Position numbers and translations under genes: made by a program | DNA from: an uncultured Candidatus Saccharibacteria bacterium | GTDB lineage: Bacteria; Patescibacteriota; Saccharimonadia; Saccharimonadales; Saccharimonadaceae | Assembly (NCBI GenBank): GCA_963789695.1 | Contig: CAWBLS010000004.1 | Location: forward strand, 262 to 64,261 | Reading direction: 5' to 3' | DNA length: 64,000 bases | The notes under the pieces: generated by a model | What the model saw: the letters and a program-made list of their open reading frames with translations, nothing else | Databases searched by the model: none | Told to the model about the DNA's origin: nothing | Shown here: piece after piece, positions 9,327 through 18,932 of the stretch | How positions within the stretch are numbered: the stretch's first letter is position 1 | Layout: each line of letters begins with the position of its first letter

Positions 9327-10418
9327 TCATTTTTTGATTAATTTACAAAGTTCGATTGCATCGGTAGCACTGTTCGCCCAGCTGTAGCGTGTGATATTTT
9401 CGTAACCTTTTTTGACGTAGCTATCGTTCGTACGCTTGTTCGTCATCTGTAATATCGCCTTGGCGCAGTCTTCAGGCGAGTTTGGATCGAAAAAGAGCGC
9501 GCTTTTGCCTGCGACTTCATGGAAGATGGGCGTATCGGCGCCCACATACGGCACACCGGCAGCTTGGGCTTCTAAAATTTGCAAACCAAAGCCTTCCAGC
9601 TTGCTAGCGCTGACCCCGCAGCACGACTGCGCAAGCGCGTGTTTATATTGCTCGTCGGTTGCGCCATCGTAGATAACCACGCGGTCGTACACCCCCACGC
9701 GCTTCATGTGCGCAACCAGTTCTTTACGGCGCGGCCGCGGCAGCTTACCGGTCATATGGAGGGTGAAGTCTGGCAGGAGCACGAGCGCATCGATTAAACA
9801 ATCGACATTTTTATATTGGGTAAATGCGCCCATATAGGTGATGCTGCGCAGTTGATGACGCTTGGGGTCGGGCTTAGCCGAAAAACTCCCACTCACTGCG
9901 TTCGAAACGACCTTCATGGGACGCTTGGTGGCTTGTGCTTCTTCGAGCATGCGTTTGGCATCGCCACTCACCGTCGCCACGGCATTGGCTTTATTGAGCT
10001 GCCAGCGCATTGGCAGGTATGTGAGGTGGAAGAGCCACCAGCCGAGGCGGACGTAGGCCGGCAGCCAATGCGGCGGCGTACGATGAATGAAATAAATCAT
10101 GTCGTGAATCGTCAGAACCAATTTATAGCGGCGACCCATAGTACCCATAACGAAAAACGGTGAATACACTAACTGATAGCCACTATTATTAATCGTGCGC
10201 GGCAAGCTAAAAAACTCACGAAGTGGGTCGTTTGGATTGTTGGCGAGCACATAGTTGCCAGGCGGTAGCTTTTTGAGCTGGCGTTCATCGTAAATGAGCC
10301 AAGCGACTTCTGCATCTTCGCGTGCCGCGAGTGCATGCGCAAGCTCATGGCTATAGCGACTCACGCCATCAAAGCGGTTTTCCAGCAGTATCCACCGCGC
10401 GTCGTACAAGATTTTCAT
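9327..10418 (-). CDS. Glycosyltransferase family 4
   Basis: GVSRY, TIHD and EGFGLQILEA motifs. Confidence 0.9.
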   Translation of the reverse strand: MKILYDARWILLENRFDGVSRYSHELAHALAAREDAEVAWLIYDERQLKKLPPGNYVLANNPNDPLREFFSLPRTINNSGYQLVYSPFFVMGTMGRRYKLVLTIHDMIYFIHRTPPHWLPAYVRLGWWLFHLTYLPMRWQLNKANAVATVSGDAKRMLEEAQATKRPMKVVSNAVSGSFSAKPDPKRHQLRSITYMGAFTQYKNVDCLIDALVLLPDFTLHMTGKLPRPRRKELVAHMKRVGVYDRVVIYDGATDEQYKHALAQSCCGVSASKLEGFGLQILEAQAAGVPYVGADTPIFHEVAGKSALFFDPNSPEDCAKAILQMTNKRTNDSYVKKGYENITRYSWANSATDAIELCKLIKK

Positions 10419-10478
10419 ATGGATTTATTATAGCAGCATAAAAATACCCTAGGCGGTGAAGCCTAGGGTGTGGACGAA

Positions 10479-10757
10479 CTACAAGGTACTGGGGGGAGTG
10501 AGCGTGGCGACGAGGGTGATCGAGTCGAGCCTGACACTTCCGTCTGGTCGCTTCGCCCAGTCGCCGAGGTGCGGCGCCCAACTGGCGTGCATTGTGCCCG
10601 TTCGGTCGTAGAAGAAGATGCGCTTGTCGCGGATCTCGATGTGGCCCATCTCACCCTCTTCCGGCAAGAACTCGTCGGTTGCATGGATGACGTAGCGCCA
10701 GCCAGTCAGATCCATTGCCGAGAGCTCGTCCCATTCCTCAAGGTGCTGGCTGCTCAT
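10479..10757 (-). CDS. Orphan 92-aa protein (cassette)
   Basis: TTGACC-17-TATTAT promoter, AGAAAGG SD, CCCTAGG...CCTAGGG-TATTTTT terminator. Confidence 0.65.
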   Translation of the reverse strand: MSSQHLEEWDELSAMDLTGWRYVIHATDEFLPEEGEMGHIEIRDKRIFFYDRTGTMHASWAPHLGDWAKRPDGSVRLDSITLVATLTPPSTL

Positions 10758-10847
10758 GGAGTGAGCCTTTCTGCTCGGTGGTGTAGTCCACATATATAAT
10801 ACTATAAAAACTTATTCTGGTCAATAGCAGCAATCCATGCTATACTA

Positions 10848-12089
10848 ATGAAGATGAAAGTGCTTATCGCATCCGATCTGCATCCCCCGGTGCTGAACGG
10901 AGTGGCTACATTTAGCCATAATCTAGCCCGTGGATTGGCCGCTGAAGGTCATGAAGTCGTCGTTATCGCACCGAGCCAAGATGGCAAGAAAGCGACCGAA
11001 ACGACTCACGGATATACGATTTATCGGACACGCTCCACTATTTTTCCGTTTTACCAAAATTATCGTATTTCGGTGACTCCTCAATTAGAAGTTCGTAAAA
11101 TTATTCAGGATTTTTGCCCTGATGTCATCCATATTCAGATGCTGTTAGGAATCGGCCAGGCCGCCATGTTGCTTGGGCGTCGCTATGATATTCCAGTGGT
11201 GACCACCAGCCATGCGATGGCTGAAAATTTGCTTGATAATTTACGCCGGATTGCGCCGTTTTCACGGCCGATTGCCTATATGTTGAGCGATTACGGTCGT
11301 CGCTTCCATAGCCGGGCAGATGCAATTACATCGCCGACCGCTTCTGCGCTAAAAGTGTTTGGTAAGCATGCTGAAAAACTAGAAAAACCAATCGAAGTGA
11401 TTTCGAACGGTGTTGATTTAACAGATTTCAGCCCAGGTAAAATGGACCCGGAAATACTGAAAAAGTATAAGCTCCCCACCGATCGCCCGATTGTAACCTA
11501 TATCGGCCGGGTGGATGCTGAAAAGCACTTATCGGTGTTAGTGCACGCTATGAAGCGTATTCTGAAATCGCACAAAGCGCACCTACTTATTGTTGGTGAT
11601 GGCATCGACTTGGATAACTTACGCCACCTTGCAAAAGATTTGCGCATTGCGAAGCACGCGACATTCACGGGGCGTATTCCAGAAGAAGACAAAATTGCAC
11701 TGGAACGCGCGGGTACACTGTATGCAATTCCATCACCAGCCGAGCTGCAGAGTATTGCCACACTTGAAGCCATGGCGAGTGGCCAGCCGGTGGTAGCGGT
11801 AGATGCAGGAGCATTAGGCGAACTCTGCCATAACGGCAAAAACGGCTACTTATTCCCGCTCGACGATGATACAGCCATGGCAGAAGGTATTGAAAAGATT
11901 TTGGCCGACCCTAAGCTTCGCGCCAAATTCAGCAAAGAAAGCTTGCGAATTGCCAAAACCCACGACCTAAAAGCCACCATTCGCGAATTTACCAAACTAT
12001 ACCGCAAAGTCATCCGCCTAAAGAAGCGTGAACTTGCTGGTAAAAGCAGCATCATCAACCGCATTCGCGAACTCGATATTAGCCGATAA
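10848..12089 (+). CDS. Glycosyltransferase family 4 (diacylglycerol glycosyltransferase-like)
   Basis: NGVATF, NGVD, GRVDAEK and ELQSIATLEAMASG motifs. Confidence 0.9.
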   Translation: MKMKVLIASDLHPPVLNGVATFSHNLARGLAAEGHEVVVIAPSQDGKKATETTHGYTIYRTRSTIFPFYQNYRISVTPQLEVRKIIQDFCPDVIHIQMLLGIGQAAMLLGRRYDIPVVTTSHAMAENLLDNLRRIAPFSRPIAYMLSDYGRRFHSRADAITSPTASALKVFGKHAEKLEKPIEVISNGVDLTDFSPGKMDPEILKKYKLPTDRPIVTYIGRVDAEKHLSVLVHAMKRILKSHKAHLLIVGDGIDLDNLRHLAKDLRIAKHATFTGRIPEEDKIALERAGTLYAIPSPAELQSIATLEAMASGQPVVAVDAGALGELCHNGKNGYLFPLDDDTAMAEGIEKILADPKLRAKFSKESLRIAKTHDLKATIREFTKLYRKVIRLKKRELAGKSSIINRIRELDISR

Positions 12090-12918
12090 ACGTTTGTATG
12101 TGGCCCGCCACTTCTTCGGCACGCTCATAGTGAGCTAAGTGGCCAACGCCCGGAATAATCACCAATTGTTTTGGTTTAATTGCTTCGGCAAATTTCAATT
12201 GCTCTTTGAGTGGTGTGACGTTATCGGCGTCACCTGTCATGAGCAGCACATCGAATTTCTTTAAGGCCGCTGCATGATCGATTGACCCCTGGCGGTTAAT
12301 ATCTTTGTGGAGCTTGCTGTAAAACGCGATGTCACTGATGTAATCAAGGTTATCGTAATGGTGCTTGCGAATCGCGCGCTGCAAATCTTTGTCGGTAGTA
12401 GTGGAGATAAGTTTTGTAGCAACAGCGCTGATGCGGCGACTTTTCACCAGTTTATCGCCGACTTTCGGTAAGCGATGGCCCAGGTGGTACTGCAGTGCGC
12501 CGAGTATTGCCCCGATGCGGCGTGAATCGTTGCGATGTATGGCAGTAGGTACGGGGCTGAGGAGTGTGAGCTTACGGTGATATAGCTGAGGTGCTTGGTC
12601 GACCATACTACTCACCACCAACCCACCCATTGAATGCCCCAGTAGATAGGGTTTTGGGGGTGCGCAGGCAGCTATGAATTCGTTGGTAAGCTGCGCGATA
12701 CCATCAATGGTATGGCCATTTGGGCTGAGGTCGCTTTTACCAAAGCCCGGTAAATCAGGCACGATAAAGCGAATATGCGGCAGAAATGGAATAATGTATT
12801 GAAAACCTTCGTGGCTACCGGTAAACCCATGAATTAGCACCATGGTAACCGGTGCTTTGGGGTGGTATACCCAGTATGAAATACGGGTGCCGTCGTTGAG
12901 CGTATGGCTTGATTGCAT
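12079..12918 (-). CDS. Alpha/beta hydrolase
   Basis: HGF, DLPGFGKS, GHSMGG and GHLAH motifs. Start MQSSH follows TACAAT. Confidence 0.9.
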   Translation of the reverse strand: MQSSHTLNDGTRISYWVYHPKAPVTMVLIHGFTGSHEGFQYIIPFLPHIRFIVPDLPGFGKSDLSPNGHTIDGIAQLTNEFIAACAPPKPYLLGHSMGGLVVSSMVDQAPQLYHRKLTLLSPVPTAIHRNDSRRIGAILGALQYHLGHRLPKVGDKLVKSRRISAVATKLISTTTDKDLQRAIRKHHYDNLDYISDIAFYSKLHKDINRQGSIDHAAALKKFDVLLMTGDADNVTPLKEQLKFAEAIKPKQLVIIPGVGHLAHYERAEEVAGHIQTFIG

Positions 12919-12976
12919 AGGGCTATTGTAGCAAATAAAAAAACTAGCATTACACACGCGATGCACACATGCAATG

Positions 12977-13141
12977 CTAGTCAGGAAGGCTGTTGGCAAT
13001 CTTCTTGGCGAGTTCAACGAAGAACTCACCGATGCCAATAATGAAATCCACGACTTGCTGTGGGTTGGATGCGACATAGAAAACGGCAACCAAAATCAGA
13101 AAAACAAGCAGAACGTATTGCAGCCACTTGGGCACGCCCAT
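12977..13141 (-). CDS. Unlisted 52-54 aa membrane protein (M(GV)PKWLQYVLLVFLILVAVFYVASNPQQVVDFIIGIGEFFVELAKKIANSLPD), cassette
   Basis: Translated by hand. TTGCTA-17-TACAAT promoter, AGAGGGGGTG SD, CTAGCATT...AATGCTAG-T7 terminator. Confidence 0.75.
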   Translation of the reverse strand: MGVPKWLQYVLLVFLILVAVFYVASNPQQVVDFIIGIGEFFVELAKKIANSLPD

Positions 13142-13224
13142 CACCCCCTCTCGTGGTGTTGATGACAGGTACGGACTTAATTGTAGTCTTTAAACTACTT
13201 TTTAGCAACTGTCAAATATAAGGG

Positions 13225-13698
13225 TTAGCGGGTTAGGTTGCGCTTCGTATCCCGGTCTTGGTCGCGGCGTTTTATGGTTTGGCGTTTGTCGTAACGCTTT
13301 TTACCCTTACCAAGGGCGATCACAAGTTTTATGTGGCGGCCTGCGGTCAGAAGTTTGATGGGCACAACCGTAAGTCCCTGTTTACGCTGGGCGGCAAGCT
13401 GGTCGATTTGTTTTCGGCTGGCGAGCAGTTTGCGTGGACTGTCATCGACGCTACGGGCGTTGGGGTTGCCGCGTTCGTTGAGTTTTAGGCTAAAGCTGGC
13501 ACCGGTGAGCCATAGTTCCCCACCCCGAATATTGATATAGGCACCTTTTAGTTGCACGTGGCCATCACGGGCAGCGCGCACTTCTGGGCCGGTGAGCACT
13601 AACCCAGCCACCAGTTCGTCGCCGAGCTGGTAGTCAAAGCGGGCACGACGATTTACAATCGCCTGTGGCGTGGCTGAGCTGTGCTTGTTAGCCTTCAT
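13225..13698 (-). CDS. smpB: SsrA-binding protein
   Basis: NRRARFDY, AGLVLTGPEV, RKLL and GKGKKRYDKR motifs. Confidence 0.95.
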   Translation of the reverse strand: MKANKHSSATPQAIVNRRARFDYQLGDELVAGLVLTGPEVRAARDGHVQLKGAYINIRGGELWLTGASFSLKLNERGNPNARSVDDSPRKLLASRKQIDQLAAQRKQGLTVVPIKLLTAGRHIKLVIALGKGKKRYDKRQTIKRRDQDRDTKRNLTR

Positions 13699-13807
13699 GA
13701 TTAGTAATTATAGCAAATAAGGGGTAAATGCGCCCCAAAGCGAGTGGTGGGCATTAAAAATACCCATCACAATGCATGTATTGTGTATTGTGATGGGAAC
13801 GCAGTGG

Positions 13808-14465
13808 TTAGAGGTATTGACCAACACCTGTGTAGCCGCTCGCAGGTTCTGCGGGATTTTCACCTTCTACGCCGGTGATCATTAGTCGACCGTCGAGGCT
13901 GCGGACGATGGTTACACGCTGGGCAAGCTCAGCGATACCGGGAACTTCGTCAAGCTCAATATCATTGATACGCTCCTTCACGAGCTCACACCATTCCTGC
14001 GCTTTGCAGGAAGTGCTCGCGGGGGCCCATACGCTCCAGCGCACTTGTGAGCTGCTGGCGCGGATCGTTGAGCTGGGTGGTGATGTTGCGAATGAGCGTG
14101 TCGAGCGCACGCGTGTAGGTGTGCCACTGGATGTGCTGAAACGACGGTAGCCAGATATCTCTGGCGTACAACCGGAGCCCATCGGGTAGCGCATCGGCAG
14201 CGATCGTGAACGTGAAGGTGGCGCTGTAGTGGTGCTCGCCCACCTGCTCTTCGAACTTGTAGGTGACCGTGAACGGCTCGCTGGGCGTAATGTTTAACCC
14301 ATCGAGTTCAGCGGCTTGTTGAATCGCGTAGCTTTCGAGCGTACTTGTCAGGCAATCTTCGTGAGTAATCTCACCGGGAACGTCTGCAACGAATGTGCAT
14401 TCGATACGACCTTTATCGTCTCCGATTGGTGCTTCGGTGCGGTACTCCCAGGGCGTGCGAGTCAT
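13808..14465 (-). CDS. Orphan protein ending in GQYL; one gene split by a probable 1-nt indel near 14,003 (cassette)
   Basis: ORFs 13986..14465 and 13808..14194 join at EHFLQ/AQEWCEL. AGGAGG SD, TTGCCA-17-TACAGT promoter, CCCATCACAAT...ATTGTGATGGG terminator. Confidence 0.65.
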
Positions 14466-14538
14466 CGCTACCTCCTCTGTCTGCTAGGGGCTCCCACTTG
14501 TCGACTACTGTATCACTACCATGGGAGCATGGCAACGG

Positions 14539-15375
14539 TTATGGATGGCAGCGGTGTGGCCCACGGTAGCGGGGGGTCCGGAAGCGAGCAGCGGCAATCT
14601 GACGCGACTGCCACTCGCTGGCTCGTGCATCGGCTCGTGCTGTGGCACGAGCTTTATCAAGAGCTGTCGTGTCGAAGTTCTCACCCATTGCTTCAAGCAT
14701 ATGCACAGCCTTTTCAAGATCGGCTAAACTAAGGTTATTTGTGGTCGGACCATAAGGACCGCCTTCTTTTATGAACTTCGTAGCGTTTAGTAATGACTGA
14801 ATCGCTTCGTGGCCGACACTGGCACGGCGCAAGGTTTCAAAGTCTGCCGTCTGAACGCGGGTGTACTCATGGTCATCTTCCATGAGCCGACGCAGCGGCA
14901 CATTCACATAGCCATCGGGTGCCATAAACGGCTGGTAGAGCCCGGGGTTAAACGACTTCTCGTTGACGATAATATCGAGCGTGGGGTCGCCCGCGACAAT
15001 ACCATTTCCGCCATCGCCCAGGTATAAGACAGGAGCATCGGGTTGAATGCGAGCAAAGGCCGCGGCAGTTACGCTGGTGCGGGCTGGGCCGTAGAGGCGA
15101 ATATATGATGGGTCCTTGCTGCGCAGTTTCAGTACGCCTGTCATTGCAGTCAAAGCGTCAATCCCACCAGATTCATAATCGTCTTTCAGCGCGACACTCG
15201 CTGTATAAAATGCATCAGCTAAGCGTTGTTCGGCTCGCCGGGGAAGGTCTTCTGCGCGTTGGCGGTATTCTTCGGCTTTTCGGTAAGCGCCGTCACGTTC
15301 AGCACTCAGCACATCAACATCTGTTAAAAGGCTGAGGTGTCGGGTAAATGGGTCGGTGTTAGCGGTGCGTGCCAT
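14539..15375 (-). CDS. Hypothetical protein directly downstream of glutaredoxin
   Basis: 278-aa ORF starting 6 nt after the upstream stop. No recognised motif. Confidence 0.6.
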   Translation of the reverse strand: MARTANTDPFTRHLSLLTDVDVLSAERDGAYRKAEEYRQRAEDLPRRAEQRLADAFYTASVALKDDYESGGIDALTAMTGVLKLRSKDPSYIRLYGPARTSVTAAAFARIQPDAPVLYLGDGGNGIVAGDPTLDIIVNEKSFNPGLYQPFMAPDGYVNVPLRRLMEDDHEYTRVQTADFETLRRASVGHEAIQSLLNATKFIKEGGPYGPTTNNLSLADLEKAVHMLEAMGENFDTTALDKARATARADARASEWQSRQIAAARFRTPRYRGPHRCHP

Positions 15376-15381
15376 GGCGGA

Positions 15382-15651
15382 CTATTCGGCAGCCACAAGG
15401 CCTTTTTCTTTTAACGCGGCATCGATTTTTGGCCGGTCGAAGCCAAGTACCAACGTGCCGTCGATGTCAGTTACGGGTACGCCACTGGTTCGGCCGCCGT
15501 TCTTTTCCATCAATTCGTTTAGCGCCGCTTCATCGGCTTCGATGTCTTTTTCAACGAATGGCACGCCAAGGTGCTCTAAATATTGTTTTTCGGTTTTGCA
15601 GAATGCGCACCACGTGGTGCTGTAAATAATCACATTTGCTGTATCAGCCAT
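15382..15651 (-). CDS. Glutaredoxin (NrdH-like)
   Basis: YSTTWCAFC, GVPV and GFD motifs. Confidence 0.9.
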   Translation of the reverse strand: MADTANVIIYSTTWCAFCKTEKQYLEHLGVPFVEKDIEADEAALNELMEKNGGRTSGVPVTDIDGTLVLGFDRPKIDAALKEKGLVAAE

Positions 15652-15711
15652 CAATATTATCCCCTTATTACTTACTTTCTAGTGTACCACGCATACTACT
15701 AATGGTAAAAT

Positions 15712-17376
15712 ATGGGAAGTATGCGTGGAAAGTACTTGCAGCAGGGGTTTGCGTTACCAACGGTCGTCATTAGCGCGACGTTGATGTTAATCGTGATGGT
15801 CACTGCTGCCAGCACTGTTTCTAGTACGAGCGCAAGCCTTAATCAGCAATATATTGACGCAGTTGCCCGTGATGCAGCAGAAAGCGGCTCAGCGCGAGCC
15901 AGCATATGCTTGCGTGATAATACGATGGTATTGAATACACCCATTACACCGGCAACCAATTGTGCCGGCGTAACAGTTGGAGGGCAAAGTGCCTATGTGT
16001 TGTCGACATCGACCTTACGCACATCCTACTCCGCCACCCTTACTTCAACGAATAGCCAAGGGAGCACGGTTGAGGTAACGGGAACTGTAGAGAGGTTGCG
16101 TGCATCAAGCGGGTCGGCATATTCAACGAGCACAAAATCATTAAAATTGAATACATTACTTACGATTGATCCAAATGGTGATCGCGGAAGTAAACGATGG
16201 TGGTATTTCGGCATTAGGTCAATTTTGGATTTTGGCGCTTCCGGTTCGGTTACACCCACCGCTTCGTATAATAATAGCGGTGCAACGCCTCCCCCTGTTT
16301 CTGCAGAAGGAACAACGGTTGTGAGCGATACCAGTGGTAATCTGAAGTTTTACTCAGATGGTCGTACGATTTGGAATAAAAACGGGAATGTCATGTCAAA
16401 CGGTGATAACCTTAGCGGCGGTAGTAGCGCTACGCAGGCAGTGGCATCGTTCCCTCTTAACTTGGCGCGTACGAAGTACGGTGTTGTTAGCAATACTAGC
16501 CAGGTCGAGGACGGGCCGGGCGAGCTGTACCTTTCTATTGTCGATATGAGCCTTGATAGCGGCAATGGCGCAGTTACCACAAAGAATCAAAAACTAGGCA
16601 CTGCCAACGACTATGCATCTGAAGGTCTGGGGGCTATGCCAAATAATGATGGTTCAGCATACTTTGTGTATGCTTTCAATGCGTCAACTGCAACCATTAC
16701 AGGATTTAAAATTACTTCGAGTGGCACTGTGACAGGCCCAATGACCACCTCGTTATCGCCTGCCCCGCGGATATGTTACACCTACGGAACGGGATTGACC
16801 GGTTACGGAACATTTAACTTCTCTGAAGACTTTAGCAAAATGCTTGTTATGGTTGGTGCGGCTAACTGCGGGGATGATGAATACGGTACGGTGTATTTAT
16901 TTAACACCGACTTAGCAACAGGCGCGCTTACGTACACCACGTCATGGCGGGCCGCTGGAACGGGGACTAATGGTAACGGCTATTCTGCGGATTTCAGCCC
17001 TGATGAACGCTATGTGTACACGACGGCGATTTACCCAGGAACGGTTACGCGATATAACGTTCAGTCTGTATCGACCATTAAAACTAGTGAATGGAAGATT
17101 GGCTATGCAACTGCACAAACGGGCAGCGAGCAAAACGGCGGCGGACAAATACGTCGTGGTCCGGACGGACGTATGTACATTGCCGACCATGTATACACCA
17201 CTCTCGATATATATCCCGGCAAACTCAGTGTTATTAATACGCCAAGCGCATCGACAAATTCGACAACTGCGATTGGTCTACAACTTGATGCATTAACGCT
17301 CGCACCGAATACCCGCGGCACATGGGGCTTGCCGCAGACTGCCACTGTCTTTAAGCCAAAAGTATTGCTCTATTAG
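15712..17376 (+). CDS. Pilin-like (class III leader) surface protein with a probable beta-propeller domain
   Basis: QQG-FALPTVV hydrophobic leader and AESG (PilX-like). S/T/G-rich body with WWYFG, FSPDERYVY and GPDGRMY. Confidence 0.7.
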   Translation: MGSMRGKYLQQGFALPTVVISATLMLIVMVTAASTVSSTSASLNQQYIDAVARDAAESGSARASICLRDNTMVLNTPITPATNCAGVTVGGQSAYVLSTSTLRTSYSATLTSTNSQGSTVEVTGTVERLRASSGSAYSTSTKSLKLNTLLTIDPNGDRGSKRWWYFGIRSILDFGASGSVTPTASYNNSGATPPPVSAEGTTVVSDTSGNLKFYSDGRTIWNKNGNVMSNGDNLSGGSSATQAVASFPLNLARTKYGVVSNTSQVEDGPGELYLSIVDMSLDSGNGAVTTKNQKLGTANDYASEGLGAMPNNDGSAYFVYAFNASTATITGFKITSSGTVTGPMTTSLSPAPRICYTYGTGLTGYGTFNFSEDFSKMLVMVGAANCGDDEYGTVYLFNTDLATGALTYTTSWRAAGTGTNGNGYSADFSPDERYVYTTAIYPGTVTRYNVQSVSTIKTSEWKIGYATAQTGSEQNGGGQIRRGPDGRMYIADHVYTTLDIYPGKLSVINTPSASTNSTTAIGLQLDALTLAPNTRGTWGLPQTATVFKPKVLLY

Positions 17377-17567
17377 CGACTTGTCAAATACCACCCGCCA
17401 TCTGTGAGAGACTGATAAGTGCGCAATTGTAAATAGGGACTGTATTGCTTGCTGCGCTGTATAGCGGCTTCGGCGGCGGATTTAGAGGCATAGCGAACCT
17501 TGCCGGCTTCATGTGTTGACCGGGGGGTTTTGGGGGGCTGCTTGGGGGTGCGATTTCGCCTTGGCAT
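17373..17567 (-). CDS. Small basic hypothetical protein
   Basis: 64-aa ORF convergent with the pilin-like gene, preceded by AGAAGGAG. Confidence 0.55.
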   Translation of the reverse strand: MPRRNRTPKQPPKTPRSTHEAGKVRYASKSAAEAAIQRSKQYSPYLQLRTYQSLTDGGWYLTSR

Positions 17568-17610
17568 GGCTTTTCAAACTCCTTCTCTTTTGCTATAGTA
17601 TAGGGAGTAT

Positions 17611-17859
17611 ATGGGTAAAGATAAAGTAGCGTCCGAAACAGAGACGACTCCGCGGGCAATGTCGCCTGCGATTTTAGTGGTACTGACCGCACTTGATACT
17701 ACGTGGCGTATGTTTATCCCCATTCTTGGCCTACTCGCACTTGGGTTATGGCTTGATAAGCAGCTAAATATGTCGCCATGGTTAATGCTGGCTGGGTTGG
17801 TGCTTGGTATTGTTGCAGCTGCCGGCCTGGTGTTCCTGCAATATAGGAGGGTTCGCTAA
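17611..17859 (+). CDS. AtpZ/AtpI-family protein
   Basis: GLWLDK...PWLMLAGLVLG motif. TAATG overlap with atpB. Confidence 0.8.
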   Translation: MGKDKVASETETTPRAMSPAILVVLTALDTTWRMFIPILGLLALGLWLDKQLNMSPWLMLAGLVLGIVAAAGLVFLQYRRVR

Positions 17860-18671
17860 TGCTAGGAAGCTTCGCTGCCTTCGAGTTGGAAATCCACCTG
17901 GCCACACAAACTGTATTTTCAATTGGCGGCTTCAATGTCACCAACGGAATGCTTACTGGCGCTGTCAGCTTGATTGTGATGTTGCTGGCGTTTTGGTACG
18001 TGATTCGTAAAATCAACAAGGGCGAGCGCAACCATTTTACCGGTTTAGTGCAATGGGCATTCGAAGGTATGTACGCACAAATCGAAAGTGTTATGCCTGA
18101 TCAAAAACACGCCCGCCGCATTGCCCCATTGGCGCTCACGATGTTCTTTTATGTGTTGGTAAGCTACTGGATGAGTATTTTACCTGGGCTTGATTCGATT
18201 AAGTACGATCAGGTGCCGCTGCTTCGTAGCATTGCAGCTGATTTAAACTTCACATTCGCACTGGCCATTATTTCGCTGGTGACCGCTCAAGTTTATGCTA
18301 TTCGCCAACACGGCGGCATCGGCAACTTAAAACGCTATTTGCGTAACCCATTCAAAGACCCAATCGGCTCATTTGAAGGCGTGCTGGAACTGATTGGTGA
18401 GATCTCACGCTATTCTGCCCTATCGCTTCGTTTATTCGGTAACTGCTTCGCCGGTGAAGTACTGCTGGTGATCATGGCCGTACTAACCAGCTACTTCTCG
18501 GTGGTGACCTTGCCGATCTTCATGGCATTTGAGCTGTTCATTGGCTTTATCCAGGCCTACGTATTCTTTATTCTTACTGTTATTTTCACAAGTTTGGCCA
18601 TCGACACGCACCATGGCCCCGAAGACGAACATTCCTCTGCTGATACCGCTAATACACCAGTCAGAGAATGA
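17859..18671 (+). CDS. atpB: ATP synthase subunit a
   Basis: LSLRLFGN, AGE and IQAYVF motifs. Confidence 0.95.
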   Translation: MLGSFAAFELEIHLATQTVFSIGGFNVTNGMLTGAVSLIVMLLAFWYVIRKINKGERNHFTGLVQWAFEGMYAQIESVMPDQKHARRIAPLALTMFFYVLVSYWMSILPGLDSIKYDQVPLLRSIAADLNFTFALAIISLVTAQVYAIRQHGGIGNLKRYLRNPFKDPIGSFEGVLELIGEISRYSALSLRLFGNCFAGEVLLVIMAVLTSYFSVVTLPIFMAFELFIGFIQAYVFFILTVIFTSLAIDTHHGPEDEHSSADTANTPVRE

Positions 18672-18704
18672 TACAATGGATGTAATAAATAAGGAGATAA
18701 AATA

Positions 18705-18917
18705 ATGAATGAATTAGCATTCGGTTTGACCTACGCGCTACCTGCACTCGGTGCGGCTATGGGTATTGGTTTTATTGGTTCAGGTGCACTTAATGCGCTC
18801 GGCCGCAACCCAGAAAAACTAAGCGAAATCCGCACGCTGATGATCACCGCAATCGTGTTTGCCGACAGTTTGGCAATCATCGGTATCGTGGTTGCGATTA
18901 TCGCGAAGTTTATCTAA
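18705..18917 (+). CDS. atpE: ATP synthase subunit c
   Basis: GxGxxG, GRNPE loop, Asp as the carboxylate (FADS). Confidence 0.95.
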   Translation: MNELAFGLTYALPALGAAMGIGFIGSGALNALGRNPEKLSEIRTLMITAIVFADSLAIIGIVVAIIAKFI

Positions 18918-18932
18918 AGGAGCAACGAGAAC

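Noticed and set aside
12919-13089. N-terminal extension of the hydrolase ORF
   Set aside because: It crosses a terminator and overlaps a separate small gene. The hydrolase starts at 12918 after TACAAT.
18705-18917. Na+-coupled ATP synthase, suggested by the Ser after the carboxylate
   Set aside because: The carboxylate is Asp and the Gln/Glu partner in helix 1 of Na+-type c subunits is not evident, so ion specificity cannot be called.
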